This document shows positions 11,269 to 22,523 of a DNA stretch of 64,000 bases, one piece after another (within the stretch, counting starts at the first letter, position 1; the number at the start of each line of letters is the position of its first letter). The translations under genes and the position numbers were made by a program. The notes beneath the pieces are model-generated. The model searched no databases. It had not been told where the DNA came from and saw only the letters and a list, made by a program, of their open reading frames with translations. Origin of the DNA: Naegleria gruberi (Eukaryota); assembly GCA_000004985.1 (NCBI GenBank), contig GG738902.1; one strand, given 5' to 3'.

Positions 11269-13930
11269 TTGTTAGGAAGACGTGTGGTCGATTTTTTTTT
11301 TGCTTTGTTTGATCGAATCCCAAAATGTAAACTACCTGAAGAATTAGGAAAACTTGCTCAATTTAAAAAAAAATCAAACACAAAAAAATACAACAGACCT
11401 GTTATGAAAGAATCATCAGCGTCTCTCGCACAGAGTTGTGTTGAACAAAAGGATTGGAATCATCAGCAGCAGCAACAAGAACAACTGCAACATCATGAGA
11501 GGGATTTATTTTCATCAATAGCAACAACTAACAATGAAACGTGTTGTCAACAAGAACATACAAGTAAAATAGGAAAGTTAATATCATCATTATGTATATA
11601 TAATTCGAAGAGTCATAATCGGATCAGAGTTTCAAAATTTTGCAATGTAAAATTATGGATAATAATTGTATATTTATTAATATTATTAGATTTATTTTCT
11701 GTACAATACATTCATGCGGAGGTTTTATCATTTGAGAACAAACATCATCACGAAACCGATGTTTTAAAAAAGTTTAGGGAAATGATACGGAAAAGTGATT
11801 ATCCATTAGAAAATTTAAAATCACCCTCTGATAATCATCCTCTGATATTTCCGATTTTTGATAAGAAACGAAATTCTTATCATTCCAAAGGATTTTGGAG
11901 GACAATAGAAGGATTTTATCCTGTTTATAACGAGCAACCAAAGAGAGTTAGCAATAGTGAAAAGAAGACATCTACTACATTGAAACTTTTTACTGCTTTA
12001 CAAAAAGAGAATGGATTGGCAGATGCTGTTGGAAATTATCTAAACAAAGGTTTAGATATCGAGTCTATGGTCAATCCAAATGAATTAATTACGAGAACTG
12101 ATTATCTTCCAGAAGACAAATCTAAATTATTTTACACTAATGTGCATGTTGCAGGTTCACTCAAGATGAATCTGGTTTTTAAAAAAACTATTTTGAGAGA
12201 TTATTACTTTGTGTATGGAACAGTTGCCATGAGGAATGGTAAATATTTCCTTGAGCGAGAAAATTTGCTCTTTCTAGAAGGAGTCTACTCTCTCTTTACC
12301 AATCAATTTCATTTCATTTTAAAACCTAAGAAATACTTATTTTATAGAATGCCAGATTATCTAGATAAGGAATTATTGAATCAAACAGTATTTAATGGAG
12401 ATGCTGGAGCAGAGTTGGCCTATCATTCCTATGTGGATCATTATATTGAAGAATTACAAGAAATGGGTATGGACTATGACTCATACTCTTACTATAGCTC
12501 AGCCTACCATTCTCAACAAGACTCTGTCAACTTTGAAAAATCTAAAAGAGAGAGTTGCGTATTTAAAGGACTAGGTATTGGAAAAGCTAATATTCACGAT
12601 CAAAAACTTAAAAACTTTGTTGAATCATTTGAAACCAATGATTTTAATGAAATTTTGGAGTGGAGTCTCTCAGGAATTGTTACTGGTATTAATTGTAATC
12701 ATACCCTCATGTTCTCTCAAACATTCCATGATAATAGTGAATTTACTCATGAAGTCAAGATTTTCTTGAGAATCTCTACACTTCTTTCCATCTTTCTCAT
12801 ATTTGGCATGTTGAGACAGATCAAGAGTACTGCTACAAGATCAGCAGCACAAAGGATCTCAATTCTGTTCGTCGGCTTTACATTTACACTTTCTTTCCTT
12901 TTCTTCTCTGGATCTCTCATTTTCCTTTTCAACTTTTACTCAGTTTTTAGTATTTCATTGGCTCTTTCCTTTATGAGTTTCCTCTACCTAACTTGCAGCA
13001 TTCAGTATGTGCTTTACATTTGGAAGTCTCACTATCCAAATCATTACGAGAATGTGGTGAGAGCCTCTGTTTTCTTTTTCTTTTGGGGATTTTTAATGAC
13101 TGTATTATTTGGAGGGTACGTATTAGAAATAATTGTTAATTTAACATTTGAGAAAGTTATTACCTTTCACACGTATATCCACACTTACTGAGATATATTT
13201 TATTTATTGGATTTTCATTCATTGTTCCTCAAATTATTTCAAACTTTGTTTACAATACCAGAAAGTCGGTGGATTTGGTCTATTTGACCTCTCTTGTGGT
13301 ATTCTTTTCATTCCTGGTACTATGTAAGTTTCATTTATTAATTCATTGAATTGATTGGTTGAACTTCTGTTATTGTAGACTTTGGAACAAGACCTGAAAA
13401 CTTTTTGGAATTTAAAACAAACTATACTTACTGCTTCCTAATTCTATCCTACATGTATATTCAGTATGGTATCTTTTTAGCACAAAACTTGATTGATCCT
13501 AGATTGAATATTTTGAGTACTCACTTATTTGGATTTATGCTTCCACCAAAATACAATTATCATAGACCAATTCCAGAATCGATGTTGGAAGAGGGAGAGT
13601 GTAAATGCGTTATTTGTATGTCGGAAATTGAAATACCTGAAAATGATACAACCAGTGATGCCTTACTAGTGGAGGTCAATAACAATTCAACTCTAACAAA
13701 TAGAAAAAAGAAAGCAGAAAATTATTCGTCAAAAGACTTTATGGTCACACCTTGCAATCACGTTTTCCACACAGTTTGTCTGGAGAAGGTTAGTTTTTTC
13801 TGATTTAAATTAATTTTTAATATTTCTATTGTGATAATTCTCAATAATTATATATTTATTTTAATAATTAAAGTGGAAGGAATATAAGCTAGAATGTCCT
13901 TTGTGCAAAAAGGATTTGCCAATGAACTAG
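11269..13930 (+). CDS. Transmembrane RING-H2 E3 ubiquitin ligase of the Tul1/Dsc1 family (multi-exon)
   Basis: It has a large lumenal N-domain, a block of multiple TM helices, and a C-terminal RING-H2 split by an 85-nt intron (13789-13873). The joined RING reads CVICMSEIEIPEN...MVTPCNHVFHTVCLEK|WKEYKLECPLCKKDLP, closely resembling yeast Tul1 CAICMSDV...MVTPCNHVFHTSCLENWMNYKLQCPVCR. Further exons are 13379-13788 and about 13193-13323. The internal structure around 13150-13195 is unresolved. Confidence 0.7.
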
Positions 13931-13979
13931 AAATTAGTTTTGTGATAAATAAATAATTGGTATTTCATGGTTGATTTAT

Positions 13980-16679
13980 TTACATAAATTCATCAATATC
14001 AACATTGACAATGGCGATATCCAAAAGATTTTGTCCCTTCTTAGTAGTACTGACATTTAGGTCGTGGAGAACTGGTCTTTCAAACTCATCTGTTGGCACA
14101 CTCTCAATTGAGTGAACAACCTCCATTCCTTTGATCACTTCACCAAACAGGGTATGCTTATTATCCAACCAAGGAGTTGGTACAGTAGTTATAAAGAATT
14201 GAGAGCTGTTTGTTCCTGGTCCTCTGTTGGCCATTGATAACTTTCCAGGTCTGTCGTGTTTGAGACTTGGTGAAAATTCATCCTCAAATTCCTTTCCAAA
14301 TATTGAGGTACCTCCAGTACCATCACGATTATCATTATCACCTGTTTGAATCATAAAGTTCTTAATAACTCTATGGAAAATACAATTATCATAATATCCA
14401 TTCAAAGAAAGTTGAGTAAAGTTTTCCACAGTCTTTGGACAAACATCAGGGAATAATTTAACTTGAATATCTCCAAATGATGTGTGAATGGTGGCAATCT
14501 TGGCAAGTTTTCCAATCTTTTTCTTTCCTCCAAATCCACTAAGAGATGATGCAGATTCTCCAATAGCATTAGCAATTTCCATTTCTTCCTTTGATGGTTT
14601 TTCGTTGAAAATGTCTCTACCAATGCTAGCACTAGCTGTAATGTAGGCAAATCGTTGATGAACAGATCCTGTATGTTCATCATCTTCTGATGGTTCTCTC
14701 TTGCTAAACATGTAAAATCTATTCTTCTTGTAGGCTGAACAGAATAAAGTAGGGTCCAAATAGTCCAATTTAATAATACTGGCCTCGTCGGAGTCACCCA
14801 TTGTAAACATTTGAGAGGAACCATTGGAATTTTTTGAGGCATTATGTTTTGAAAGTTCTGCTCTAGATATTTTAATAATACCTTGGAAGAGCCCAATATT
14901 CATAAATCGTTCAGTACTTTCCACTTTACCCAAAAGTCTATCGACACGATTCGTCCTAATATTTCTAAATTTGATACCAAAGATAGTTGGATAAATTAAA
15001 AATTGTGAGCTATCATCAAAGAGAACATGTGGTGTTGAATGATAATCCTTGAAGAGAGGATTACTAATTGGTTTGGAAGAATGTTTGCTATCAATAACCT
15101 GCTCAATTTCATGTTCAATAGCAACTCTTCTACCAAAATCAAAGTTGTCAGTGGCATACAGTTCCAAATCATTAGTCTCCATTTTGAGTTTTTCTAAAAG
15201 AATCTTAGATTTTTTGATTTCCTCGCTTTGGGTTGGATCTTCAGATGTTGTTGATGCTATATTTTCCAAAGTTTCAATAAAGGCCTTGTTAGTGGCAGCT
15301 TTTTGTAAATTTTCTTGGAGTGGCAAAGATTCATCATAATCTCTCACCATTTTACCAGATAAAAAGTCAAAAACTCTAACATGACCATCTCTACACAAGA
15401 CAACAAACGATTTTCCATCCTTTGAAATATCCAAGCTGATGGCATAGGTTTTTTGTTTGGCCAATTCAAAGAGTGAAGTTTCAGACTTGTACTTGAAAGT
15501 AAAGAGATTAGTTTGCTTTGTAGATAAATATTTGTTTGCTTCCTCAAGTGTTGGGAATTTACCAGTATGTGGATTCCAGTATTCAATCATTCCCTTTTCA
15601 TCACAACTAATCATAGCTCCAAAAACTGAATTGAACTTGCAACAAGTAATCTTAGAACGATGTATCATTATAGATCCAGCAACGTTGTACTTGTAAATTG
15701 GGTCATTGGATGTAGCATCAGGATTACATGGATCATAAAATTCAATAGCTCCATCTTCAAAGAATATTCCTAGTATTTTGTCAGTAGCACTTCCTTGTTT
15801 CTTAGTGATATATTCACATAGATGCAATTCTCTCTTTTGAGTTGGTTCTTCAGGTTTTGTAAAACTAAAAACATTAATCATATCAAAGTTTGTAACATCA
15901 TAAACCTTTAAATCACTTCTAGTCATACTTGCTGCCAATAATCCATCACATGCCATGGTACCATATTTCAAAGGACCCATCACTGAAGTATTATGAGCAG
16001 TAAAATGTTTCACATATTCAATATTATCAATTGTTTTTCTCCAGAATTTAACATGACCATCCTTAGACATGGTAATTATGAAATGAGTAGAACTGTGTGA
16101 ACTACTGGTTGTTACCTTTGATGGTGGAGCTACAAGTACATAACAAATATAATCACGATGCATATAAGACCATTCATACATTAATCCTTCTGGTAATTGT
16201 CCTAAATGTAATTGATCAATTCTCTCTTCCTTTGATAATTTAATTTTAGATCCTAGATTATTATTACTAATTTCCTGTTGTTGAATACTTGATGAGGAGG
16301 CTTCAATACCATCGGAGGAGGAGGAAACAGCTAGTGATGATTGATTATTATTTGTTGTTGTTGTTGGAGGTAATGAAGGAATACTTGGTCCATAACCATC
16401 ATCATCAGATTCCTCTGCTGATGATTTTGTATTACTAGTTGTTGTTGGTTGCATACCTGGAATGGCAGGGCCATAATCATCTTCATCCTCCTCTTCTTCA
16501 TTATTTACTTCTTGATCATCACTCTTTACAGCAGTATTTAATTTAGCAATTTGTTCTTCCAATTGTCTCTTCTTTTTTAATTGTCTTTCAAAGTCATCGT
16601 CCGATTCCGATGATGATAAAGCCGATGATGAGGACGATGAATAACTTGATGAAGAGGACGAAGAATTTCTTCTTTTCAT
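13980..16679 (-). CDS. Peptidyl-prolyl isomerase domain and WD-repeat protein (PPWD1/CYP71-like)
   Basis: An 899-aa ORF. After a Ser/acidic N-terminal extension it carries WD40 repeats, then a C-terminal cyclophilin domain ([13 protein letters not shown]...[34 protein letters not shown]). Confidence 0.85.
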   Translation of the reverse strand: MKRRNSSSSSSSYSSSSSSALSSSESDDDFERQLKKKRQLEEQIAKLNTAVKSDDQEVNNEEEEDEDDYGPAIPGMQPTTTSNTKSSAEESDDDGYGPSIPSLPPTTTTNNNQSSLAVSSSSDGIEASSSSIQQQEISNNNLGSKIKLSKEERIDQLHLGQLPEGLMYEWSYMHRDYICYVLVAPPSKVTTSSSHSSTHFIITMSKDGHVKFWRKTIDNIEYVKHFTAHNTSVMGPLKYGTMACDGLLAASMTRSDLKVYDVTNFDMINVFSFTKPEEPTQKRELHLCEYITKKQGSATDKILGIFFEDGAIEFYDPCNPDATSNDPIYKYNVAGSIMIHRSKITCCKFNSVFGAMISCDEKGMIEYWNPHTGKFPTLEEANKYLSTKQTNLFTFKYKSETSLFELAKQKTYAISLDISKDGKSFVVLCRDGHVRVFDFLSGKMVRDYDESLPLQENLQKAATNKAFIETLENIASTTSEDPTQSEEIKKSKILLEKLKMETNDLELYATDNFDFGRRVAIEHEIEQVIDSKHSSKPISNPLFKDYHSTPHVLFDDSSQFLIYPTIFGIKFRNIRTNRVDRLLGKVESTERFMNIGLFQGIIKISRAELSKHNASKNSNGSSQMFTMGDSDEASIIKLDYLDPTLFCSAYKKNRFYMFSKREPSEDDEHTGSVHQRFAYITASASIGRDIFNEKPSKEEMEIANAIGESASSLSGFGGKKKIGKLAKIATIHTSFGDIQVKLFPDVCPKTVENFTQLSLNGYYDNCIFHRVIKNFMIQTGDNDNRDGTGGTSIFGKEFEDEFSPSLKHDRPGKLSMANRGPGTNSSQFFITTVPTPWLDNKHTLFGEVIKGMEVVHSIESVPTDEFERPVLHDLNVSTTKKGQNLLDIAIVNVDIDEFM

Positions 16680-16822
16680 TTTTTTCTACTTTGTTGAACA
16701 TGAAGGAATGATGATAATCTTCTAATTCTTTCTTCTTTGTGCAATGAATGATATTCATGAGCAGAATAATCTCTGAGGAATGTTTACAAATGGATGTAAT
16801 ATAGAGTTTGAGATTTGATAAT

Positions 16823-17740
16823 TTATTTGTAAATTTGAATTCTATTATTCTTATTATCCACAACATATAATTCACCAGTTCTAATATTGATGGTGAGTCC
16901 TGTTGGATTGACGAGTTCGAGAGGTCCATTTCCCTTACTTCCAAATGATTTGATAAATTCACCTCTTGGTGAGAAAACCTGAATGCGATTATTACTGCTG
17001 TCACAAACAATGATATTCCCTGTTGGCTTGTCAACAGTTAATCCTGTTGGATATAAGAAATCAGAATTAGAAATACCCTTCTTACCGAACATGTAAATAA
17101 AATCGTCACCATTCTTTGACATGATCTGAACTCTATTGTTTTTCATATCGGTCACAATTAAGAAATTGTCTCTATTTGAAATACCAATACCATTTGGTGC
17201 GTGGAATTGCATTGGGCCTTTACCTTCACCTCCTATGTGTCTAATGAATTTACCTTGACGGGATACAAGAACAACCTTACTGTCACTCACAAAAATGTTG
17301 CCATTTGTATCATCAACAGCAATACCTTGTGGTTTTGATAAGAGTTCTTTTGATTCCAAAGACCAAAGTAAATTGTGATCATTACACAAACTATACTTAT
17401 ATACACAACTATTTTCACAAGTGACAATGAGGGAATCATCCTTGTGATCAACAGCCATATACAATGGCTTATCGGGAGTGTCAATTGTATATTTAAATTC
17501 TTGTGAAAACAAATCAAAAGCTTGAATTCTTTGATTTCCATTATCGCTTACAAATATTGTGTGATGTTCAAAGCTAATTTTTACATCAATAGGATTATTA
17601 AAGTTACCAGGTTGATCCGAAACAGGTAAACCTCCTATCGTACCAGTATGTAAAAAGTCTAATCTAAAAGAAACAATATTAGTTGTTGCTCTTTCAGCTT
17701 CGTGATTGCTGATAATCTCGTGTTTCAAGTGCATAGACAT
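16823..17740 (-). CDS. NHL-repeat (six-bladed beta-propeller) protein
   Basis: There are about six repeats of the NHL signature (P.G.A.D..G...V.D..N.R.Q.F), for example PTGLTVDKPTGNIIVCDSSNNRIQVF. Confidence 0.7.
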   Translation of the reverse strand: MSMHLKHEIISNHEAERATTNIVSFRLDFLHTGTIGGLPVSDQPGNFNNPIDVKISFEHHTIFVSDNGNQRIQAFDLFSQEFKYTIDTPDKPLYMAVDHKDDSLIVTCENSCVYKYSLCNDHNLLWSLESKELLSKPQGIAVDDTNGNIFVSDSKVVLVSRQGKFIRHIGGEGKGPMQFHAPNGIGISNRDNFLIVTDMKNNRVQIMSKNGDDFIYMFGKKGISNSDFLYPTGLTVDKPTGNIIVCDSSNNRIQVFSPRGEFIKSFGSKGNGPLELVNPTGLTINIRTGELYVVDNKNNRIQIYK

Positions 17741-18329
17741 TTTGTATAGAGTTTAATGTGTTGTTATTAAAGAAGTGTGTATTGTACAAATTCAAATTGT
17801 AAGATGATGATTTTCCAGATGATAAAGTATTATAAAGCCTATCAATATATTCTTCTTCTTGTGTCGGTCGAGGTAATCAGTACGAAATGATGATATTGGT
17901 GAGGAAGATATGTTGTTGTATTGTTGAGGCCTTTTTTTGTGGTGTATTAGCAAAAAATAATATTGCGGCTTTGTGTGTGTTTTGTTCAGATTTGAGTTTG
18001 GCACATAAAAGGATCTTTGGCAACAGACACAAAAAAGCTACTGGGCCAAAACTATTTTAACACAATGAGGATGATTATGGACACGGTCAATGAAAATTAG
18101 TAAGATTGTGAGGTGGCCTTATAAAGCATTGTTGGATTGCTTTCATTGTTGTGTGTGAAATGTGTGAAATGTTTCAAGTTATAAGAGATTATCAGTGCTT
18201 TCATTTTTGGAATATTTGACGATTATGGATTGTTCTCCTTTTAAAATTAAAAACACTTACTGGAATAAACGCCATATTTTTGTACATTTATACAATAGAT
18301 TTCACCAGGTTGACCTCTGTAGATGAAAT

Positions 18330-20156
18330 TTACACAAGTTGTTCTCTGGATGGAGACAATCTTCTAGTTGGAGAGCTTTCATTGTCATCAGTACTTGTGG
18401 TTGGTGAAGTAATACTGCTTACAAGAGGGGAGAGAGTTGGAATTTCAACACCCATATTTCTCTTGGCAAGACTGAAAGCATAAATTCCAAGATTTGTACA
18501 CAATTCTCTTACAACAGAAACAGCAAAGAATGAATAAGCCAAAGCAGACCAAACAATGGAAATAGAAAGGAGGGCAACTGAATTAATGAGAGTTGCACCA
18601 GTTTTTGAGAAAATAACTGTAAGTCCATTCAAGATAAAGACAATCATTGGAAGGACAATGACAAGATATTGCTTAGTATATCTTGGATAAGGTTGATTAC
18701 TGACACGGGCAATATTCATTGTTGTCAAGAAGATGCCAAAAGCAAAACCACCAACAACCATAATTCCAATCCAGTGAGTTTGATAGAATGATCTATCACC
18801 AATAACATCAGATGGAATAACTCTAGCAATAAGACTCATACATAAATATAAAACAGCCATAACTACCAAAACACCTAAATCCAATGTGGCAGTACCAATT
18901 TCTTGTTTGGTTTTGATGATATTACTCTTTTGAGAATCTTTGAATTCCTTGGTTTGCAAACCAGATTCCAAATCAATAGGCTCATTATTGCTATCCTCGT
19001 CCAATGAAACTGTCTTTGACTTTTGTTTGTAGAAATTGAAAACATGATAAATTGAAGTGATTGGAGACATTGCAGAACTAAACATGGTGAGTAAAATAAC
19101 CCAAAATCCAACATTAGCTCCTAGGAATGAAATATTACCCAATCCAACAACTGAATAGCTTGGAACAATAATGTTATAAATGAAAGCAGCCAAATGTGCA
19201 CCAATAACAGCAAATTGACCATCACTAGCAGAAACAAAACCCATGTAAAATCTTCCAGTGTGATAGTGTTCCCAGTGAGCAGTGTAGAAGGCAAACATCA
19301 TAACAATATGAAGAGCAGGCACAATAATATCACCGATAAAGTATCCAAATTCGCTTGAAGCTATTCTGAACGGTGTTTCTCCTAAGACAATGAGGAAAGA
19401 CAATGGTAAAATTGTCAAACTCAAAGCATCGACACCATGGTCAAAGATTTCTCCTAAAGGGCTACTACTACCAGTTCTTCTAGCTTGTTTTCCATCACAT
19501 CCATCCAATGTATTATAACAGAAAATCAATAATGAAATTAAAAGTAATGTAAAGTTATAAAAAGCTTGTGATGTAACTGAAGTTATCACATAGGAATAAT
19601 AATTAATAACGGAAATTGTAAAAACTAGGGCAACACAAAAGAACCCAGAAAGAGTGATTGCATTAGGAGCTAACCACTCTGGGAAAATTCTACTAGTAAT
19701 GAAATTCCAGAAAGGATTCAAAATATAATTTTCAGCTACGGAATTGTTTTGAACATCAAACTTGTAGAGAGCAGCAACCAAGTTTGGAGTGTCAGCACTA
19801 TTATTATTGGCAGCAGCAAGGGCTTGTTGTTCACGTTTTGCTCTCATGATGGATTGTAAATATTCCTTTCCTTGTGGTGAAATGAATGAGTACCACTTTG
19901 GTCTAGTACTAACTTCAGTTATATATGACCACATTAAATTCAAGTTGGCCATAAATCCACTTCCTGATGAAAGAGGGAGAGTAGCTGGATCAAAACGTTC
20001 ACCTGATGATTTTTGAATCATCGGAGAAGAAGATGAAATAAATTCATTTTGGAAAGTTGGTGATACTGCTTGAGATCTTTCATGGTCTCTTTGGGAATGA
20101 CTATCAACTTCTTCAATAGAAAGTTCTTCCGATGATGATTGTCTAGAATTCATCAT
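18330..20156 (-). CDS. Choline/ethanolamine phosphotransferase (CDP-alcohol phosphatidyltransferase family) with N- and C-terminal extensions
   Basis: The CDP-OH phosphotransferase motif DGCDGKQARRTGSSSPLGEIFDHGVDALS is present (D-G-x2-A-R-x8-G-x3-D-x3-D). The protein has multiple TM helices and is 608 aa, versus about 400 aa for typical CEPT/EPT. Confidence 0.8.
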   Translation of the reverse strand: MMNSRQSSSEELSIEEVDSHSQRDHERSQAVSPTFQNEFISSSSPMIQKSSGERFDPATLPLSSGSGFMANLNLMWSYITEVSTRPKWYSFISPQGKEYLQSIMRAKREQQALAAANNNSADTPNLVAALYKFDVQNNSVAENYILNPFWNFITSRIFPEWLAPNAITLSGFFCVALVFTISVINYYSYVITSVTSQAFYNFTLLLISLLIFCYNTLDGCDGKQARRTGSSSPLGEIFDHGVDALSLTILPLSFLIVLGETPFRIASSEFGYFIGDIIVPALHIVMMFAFYTAHWEHYHTGRFYMGFVSASDGQFAVIGAHLAAFIYNIIVPSYSVVGLGNISFLGANVGFWVILLTMFSSAMSPITSIYHVFNFYKQKSKTVSLDEDSNNEPIDLESGLQTKEFKDSQKSNIIKTKQEIGTATLDLGVLVVMAVLYLCMSLIARVIPSDVIGDRSFYQTHWIGIMVVGGFAFGIFLTTMNIARVSNQPYPRYTKQYLVIVLPMIVFILNGLTVIFSKTGATLINSVALLSISIVWSALAYSFFAVSVVRELCTNLGIYAFSLAKRNMGVEIPTLSPLVSSITSPTTSTDDNESSPTRRLSPSREQLV

Positions 20157-20573
20157 AAATAAGTTGCTTTAAATAAATAGTTTTGTTTTTCTATATTCAA
20201 TTGTGCGATCCAACCTTTAAATGTAAAAAACTGCTCTTGCGTTATTGTTGTTGGCAGTAAATAAATGTAACAGCGAAATTTACACTCTAGCTTCTTTTTT
20301 TTAATTTAAATTTTTTAAATAAATTTTAAACGTTGAAGGTTTTGAATTATTTTCAAGGCTAAAAAGCAGAAGTTCTATTTGTTATCCATCTTCATCTGAA
20401 GTGACCTCGATACAACAGTTGTTTCATTGGGAGATGGATAATATTTTGAAGGAAGAGGAACTTTTGAACATGTGCTATTTTCCAAAGTTACGAATGTTCA
20501 AAAAGTTCAAATTAATTCAAGAATGAAAATTAATGAAATTGTTATTACTACTGTTGTATTAGAGTTAATTGAT

Positions 20574-21425
20574 TTACAAATTCAATTCTTTGAATGCTTT
20601 ATAACCAGAAGCTAATGCTTCATAGACTTCTTCAAGTTCAGATTCAGAATAATCCTCTGGAATGTAAGTTGTTCGATTGAATGGATACATGTAGTTTTCA
20701 TATCCCTCACTCTCAGCTCCTGATTCAGGGTCAGCACAAATCTTGTTGTAATATTCTTCTCCTTCAGAGATGATTTTACACACAGCATACATTCCACCAT
20801 CATCTAATCAAATTGTCATTTGACAAGCTCAATAATAAAAAAACAAACCTTCAAAATCATCCATATCATTATCTCTTCCAATACTAACCAAATGATCCAA
20901 AACCTTATAGAATTTAGTTTCAATCCTAGCAGCAATGTCAACCAATGAATTATCCACAATAATCTTTTCAACATTATCACATTTTCCTTCTGATTTTCCA
21001 ACAATCCACCAAAACAATCTCTCAAGTCTCTCATCATCATTCTTTGTTACAAATCTTCTCTTCAACAATTTCATCACCAAGCCATTAAACTCATTTAAAT
21101 GCTTTAATCTTCTAGAATACAATGGAAACTCCTCCATCATGGCCTTCTCATAACGTTTATCCATCACAGAAAGGTCATAAAAACTCTTCGAAACCAATTT
21201 AATGTTTTGCAATGCCTCAACATTTGCATAATCAAGAATTAAGGAGAGAATTTCCTGAGGACACTCAACATTATTCAATTTAATGGACGATAGAGTTGCT
21301 GATTCGGATCCGAATACAAGAACCTGATCAGTCATTGCCAACTCTATCATTTCATTCATGTTCATTTCGTCGCGTTTTGTTTTTTTTGCACCTTTAGTGG
21401 ATTCTTCTTTTAATTGTCGTTTCAT
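20574..21425 (-). CDS. Hypothetical F-box-like protein; the 198-aa ORF 20829..21425 is possibly joined to the exon 20574..20792
   Basis: The 198-aa ORF carries an F-box-like stretch (ILSLILDYANVEALQNIKLVSKSFYDLS). A 45-nt GTTTGT...TTAG candidate intron (about 20793-20837) would join it in frame to an acidic 72-aa C-terminal exon. The join is tentative. Confidence 0.45.
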
Positions 21426-21667
21426 TTTTTTATGGAAGAGATGAACTTGGTTTTTTAAACTATCTTTTTAAATATGATGAACTTGGTGAACTCTACAAAA
21501 TTCGAGATTATGAAGGAAAATTCAAAAAGTAGGAGTCCCCATTGTATTCCAGAAGATTAACAATTTTCTTTAAATATAATTGAGGTTACGTAGCAATGAT
21601 GTCATCCACTGTTTTTCAAATCATTTCTGTATGCCACTATTTCATATTGAAATCAAAATAGAAAAAA

Positions 21668-22498
21668 ATGAAAGGAAACTCAACCCAAACAATCACCCGA
21701 TCGAATGCAAATTCATCCTCATCACTGACACAACCAATATTCGATAATTCAAGTGATGGAATATTGACTTCAATCCGAAGAGGAAATATCAAACATATAG
21801 AGCATGCCATTGCGCATCGTGAACACATTCCCGATCACTATTTTAATATTCATGTGGCTGCAGAGTGTGGAGAGTTGAGTATTTTGGATTTAATGATTAG
21901 GAAAATACCATGCAAGGATATTAATGCAGTGAATGGAGAGGTAGGTTATTGAGATTGGATAGTTCTTCTCAGTTGAATCGATTGAATGTGTGTTTGTGCG
22001 TGTGGATGAATTGGATGATTAGGGAATGACTTGTTTAACGTTGGCTTGTTGGAGGAATAGAGCTAATGTGGTGAGATATTTGTGTTCGTTTGAAAATTTG
22101 GATTTGAATAAGAAAGTGACGAGGGCAGAGAATACAGCTCTTCATGTTGCTGCTTCGTATAATTATGTGGATGTTGTTTTGATATTGTTGAGATCTGGTG
22201 CTGAGAAAACAATTGAGAATTATGTAAATATTTTTAATTTTTTAAACTTAATTGCTAAATTTGGATAATAGTATGGAAGAAATGCTGAGGATGAAGCATT
22301 GAATAGAGGACTTTCTAATATTGCTGAGTTGATTGCAAGATTTGAAAAGAATTTGGTAAGTTTAGTTTAAATATTCGAAAGGAATTTAAAATATGTTTTA
22401 GGCAATTAAATTGAAATTAAAAAGACAAATTCTTGATCAAGAATCTTACTCAAATTATCGTATTTGGGATATTTCCATAAATATTTCTGAAGATTAAT
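21668..22498 (+). CDS. Ankyrin-repeat protein, about 4 short exons
   Basis: Ankyrin repeats include ENTALHVAASYNYVDVVLILLRSGAEK. Exon ends coincide with GTAGGT or GTAAAT (near 21943 and 22231) and GTAAGT (near 22358) donors. The exon boundaries are approximate. Confidence 0.55.
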
Positions 22499-22523
22499 AA
22501 ATTTCAAACTTTACAATAATTGT

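Noticed and set aside
14402-14896. 164-aa ORF embedded in another frame inside the PPWD1 gene; similar nested ORFs occur inside most large genes
   Set aside because: The frame is overlapping or antisense with low-complexity translation and no start context, as expected for spurious ORFs in AT-rich coding sequence.
17800-17900. UGAUGA-like C-box motifs (ATGATGA) in the 590-bp spacer, considered as a C/D snoRNA
   Set aside because: No properly spaced CUGA D-box or terminal stem could be identified. ATGATGA is common in AT-rich sequence.
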